Assembly: GCA_964016885.1 (NCBI GenBank)
Contig: OZ024744.1
Span: forward strand, 47,988,001 to 48,052,000
Direction: 5' to 3'
Source of the DNA: Eledone cirrhosa
Taxonomy: Eukaryota
Length of the DNA stretch: 64,000 nt
Shown here: one piece after another, positions 62,380 to 64,000 of the stretch
Layout: each line of letters opens with the position of its first letter
Position numbering within the stretch: the stretch's first letter is position 1
Made by a program: the position numbers and the translations under genes
The notes under the pieces: model-generated
Told to the model about the DNA's origin: nothing
Seen by the model: only the letters and a program-made list of their open reading frames with translations
Database searches by the model: none

Positions 62380-64000
62380 ATCAAGACCAGAACACCAACT
62401 ACATTAGACTATCAAGACCAGAACACCAACCACATTAGACTATCAAGACCAGAACACCAACCACATCACATAAGACTATCAAGACCAGAACATAAACCAC
62501 ATCACATTAGACTATCAAGACCAGAACACCAACCACATCACATTAGACTATCAAGACCAGAACACCAACCACATCACATTAGACTATCAAGACCAGAACA
62601 CTAACCACATTAGACTATCAAGACCAGAACACCAACCACATTAGACTATCAAGACCAGAACACCAACCACATCACATTAGACTATCAAGACCAGAACACC
62701 AACCACATTAGACTATCAAGACCAGAACACCAACAATATCATTTTAGACTATCAAGACCAGAACACCAACCACATTAGACTATCAAGACCAGAACACCAA
62801 CAACATTAGACTATCAAGACCAGAACACCAACCACATCACATTAGACTATCAAGACCAGAACACCAACCACATTAGACTATCAAGACCAGAACACCAACC
62901 ACATCACATTTGACTATCAAGACCAGAACACCAACCACATCACATTAGACTATCAAGACCAGAACACAAACCACATCACATTAGACTATCAAGACCAGAA
63001 CACCAACCACATCACATTAGACTATCAAGACCAGAACACCAACCACATTAGACTATCAAGACCAGAACTCCAACCACATTAGACTATCAAGAGAAGAACA
63101 CCAACCACATCACATTAGACTATCAAGACCAGAACACCAACCACATTAGACTATCAAGACCAGAACACCAACAACATTAGACTATCAACACCAGAACACC
63201 AAGCACATTAGACTATCAAGACCAGAACTCCAACCACATTAGACTATCAAGACCAGAACACCAACCACATTAGACTATCAAGACCAGAACACCAACAACA
63301 TTAGACTATCAAGACCAGAACACCAACCACATCACATTAGACTATCAAGACCAGAACAACAACCACATTAGACTATCAAGACCAGAACACCAACCACATC
63401 ACATTTGACTATCAAGACCAGAACACCAACCACATCACATTAGACTATCAAGACCAGAACACCAACCACATCACATTAGACTATCAAGACCAGAACACCA
63501 ACCACATCACATTAGACTATCAAGACCAGAACACCAACCACATTAGACTATCAAGACCAGAATACCAACCACATCACATTAGACTATCAAGACCAGAACA
63601 CCAACCACATTAGACTATCAAGACCAGAACACCAACCACATTAGACTATCAAGACCAGAACACCAGCCACATTAGACTATCAAGACCAGAACACCAACCA
63701 CATCACATTAGACTATCAAGACCAGAACACCAACCACATTAGACTATCAAGACCAGAACACCAACCACATTAGACTATCAAGACCAGAACACCAACCACA
63801 TCACATTAGACTATCAAGACCAGAACACCAACCACATTAGACTATCAAGACCAGAACACCAACCACATCAGATTAGACTATCCTGACCAGAACACCAACC
63901 ACATTAGACTATCAAGAACAGAACTCCAACCACATTACACTATCAAGACCAGAACACCAACCACATCACATTAGACTATCAAGACCAGAACACCAACCAC
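62380..64000 (+). repeat. Dispersed copy of segment ~57170-58815
   Basis: AACTACATTAG (57184/62400) gives offset 5216. CAAGCACATT (58018/63203) and CCTGA (58697/63882) give offset 5185. Confidence 0.8.

Larger units (their letters stand above)
1..64000 (+). repeat. Tandem satellite/minisatellite array of 31-bp (TTAGACTATCAAGACCAGAACACCAACCACA) and 36-bp (with CACAT duplicated) monomers, head-to-tail, running off both window ends
   Basis: The monomer is readable in every line, always in the same orientation, with only point variants and small indels. The 31-mer consensus has 14 A, 10 C, 4 T and 3 G, and no CpG. Confidence 0.99.

Noticed and set aside
1-64000. CRISPR array (repeat length of 31-36 bp is CRISPR-like)
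   Set aside because: Monomers abut directly with no unique spacers, and there is no leader or cas gene.
1-64000. Giant repetitive protein gene (mucin- or adhesin-like) on either strand
   Set aside because: The majority 31-mer is not a multiple of three and brings a stop within about three units on the + strand. All three - strand frames of the 36-mer contain stops.
1-64000. Canonical telomerase-made telomere tract (the monomer contains TTAGAC, resembling TTAGGG/TTAGGC-type units)
   Set aside because: The hexamer occurs once per monomer rather than in tandem. Variants are inherited in kilobase blocks, which indicates DNA-level duplication rather than re-synthesis from an RNA template.
1-64000. 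Embedded transposon, inversion, tRNA/rRNA or unique island
   Set aside because: No departure from monomer register larger than a few bases and no reverse-orientation monomer was seen while reading through the window.

Overview
The whole 64 kb window is one uninterrupted, single-orientation tandem satellite array. It is built from a 31-bp monomer (consensus TTAGACTATCAAGACCAGAACACCAACCACA) and a 36-bp length variant carrying a duplicated CACAT pentamer. I saw no unique sequence, transposon, RNA gene, CRISPR spacer or credible protein-coding gene, and the single ORF is a by-product of a run of in-frame 36-mers. Hand-tracking of diagnostic variants shows a nested higher-order-repeat (HOR) architecture: 14-19-monomer subunits (464/552/619 bp) form a 1635-bp 50-monomer HOR, which sits inside ~8.4-10.3 kb blocks (1-28.4 kb) and ~4.5-5.0 kb blocks (28.4-40 kb). 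A different, more variant-rich subfamily with ~3.1 kb units dominates from ~42 kb onward. The variants also hint at mechanisms: 5-bp slippage, quasi-palindrome template switching, patchwise conversion and long-range segment exchange. Organism, chromosomal position and function cannot be determined from the sequence. Offsets were counted by hand from marker variants and block boundaries are approximate. I found no evidence for a new gene-based system; any novelty lies in the satellite family and its architecture.
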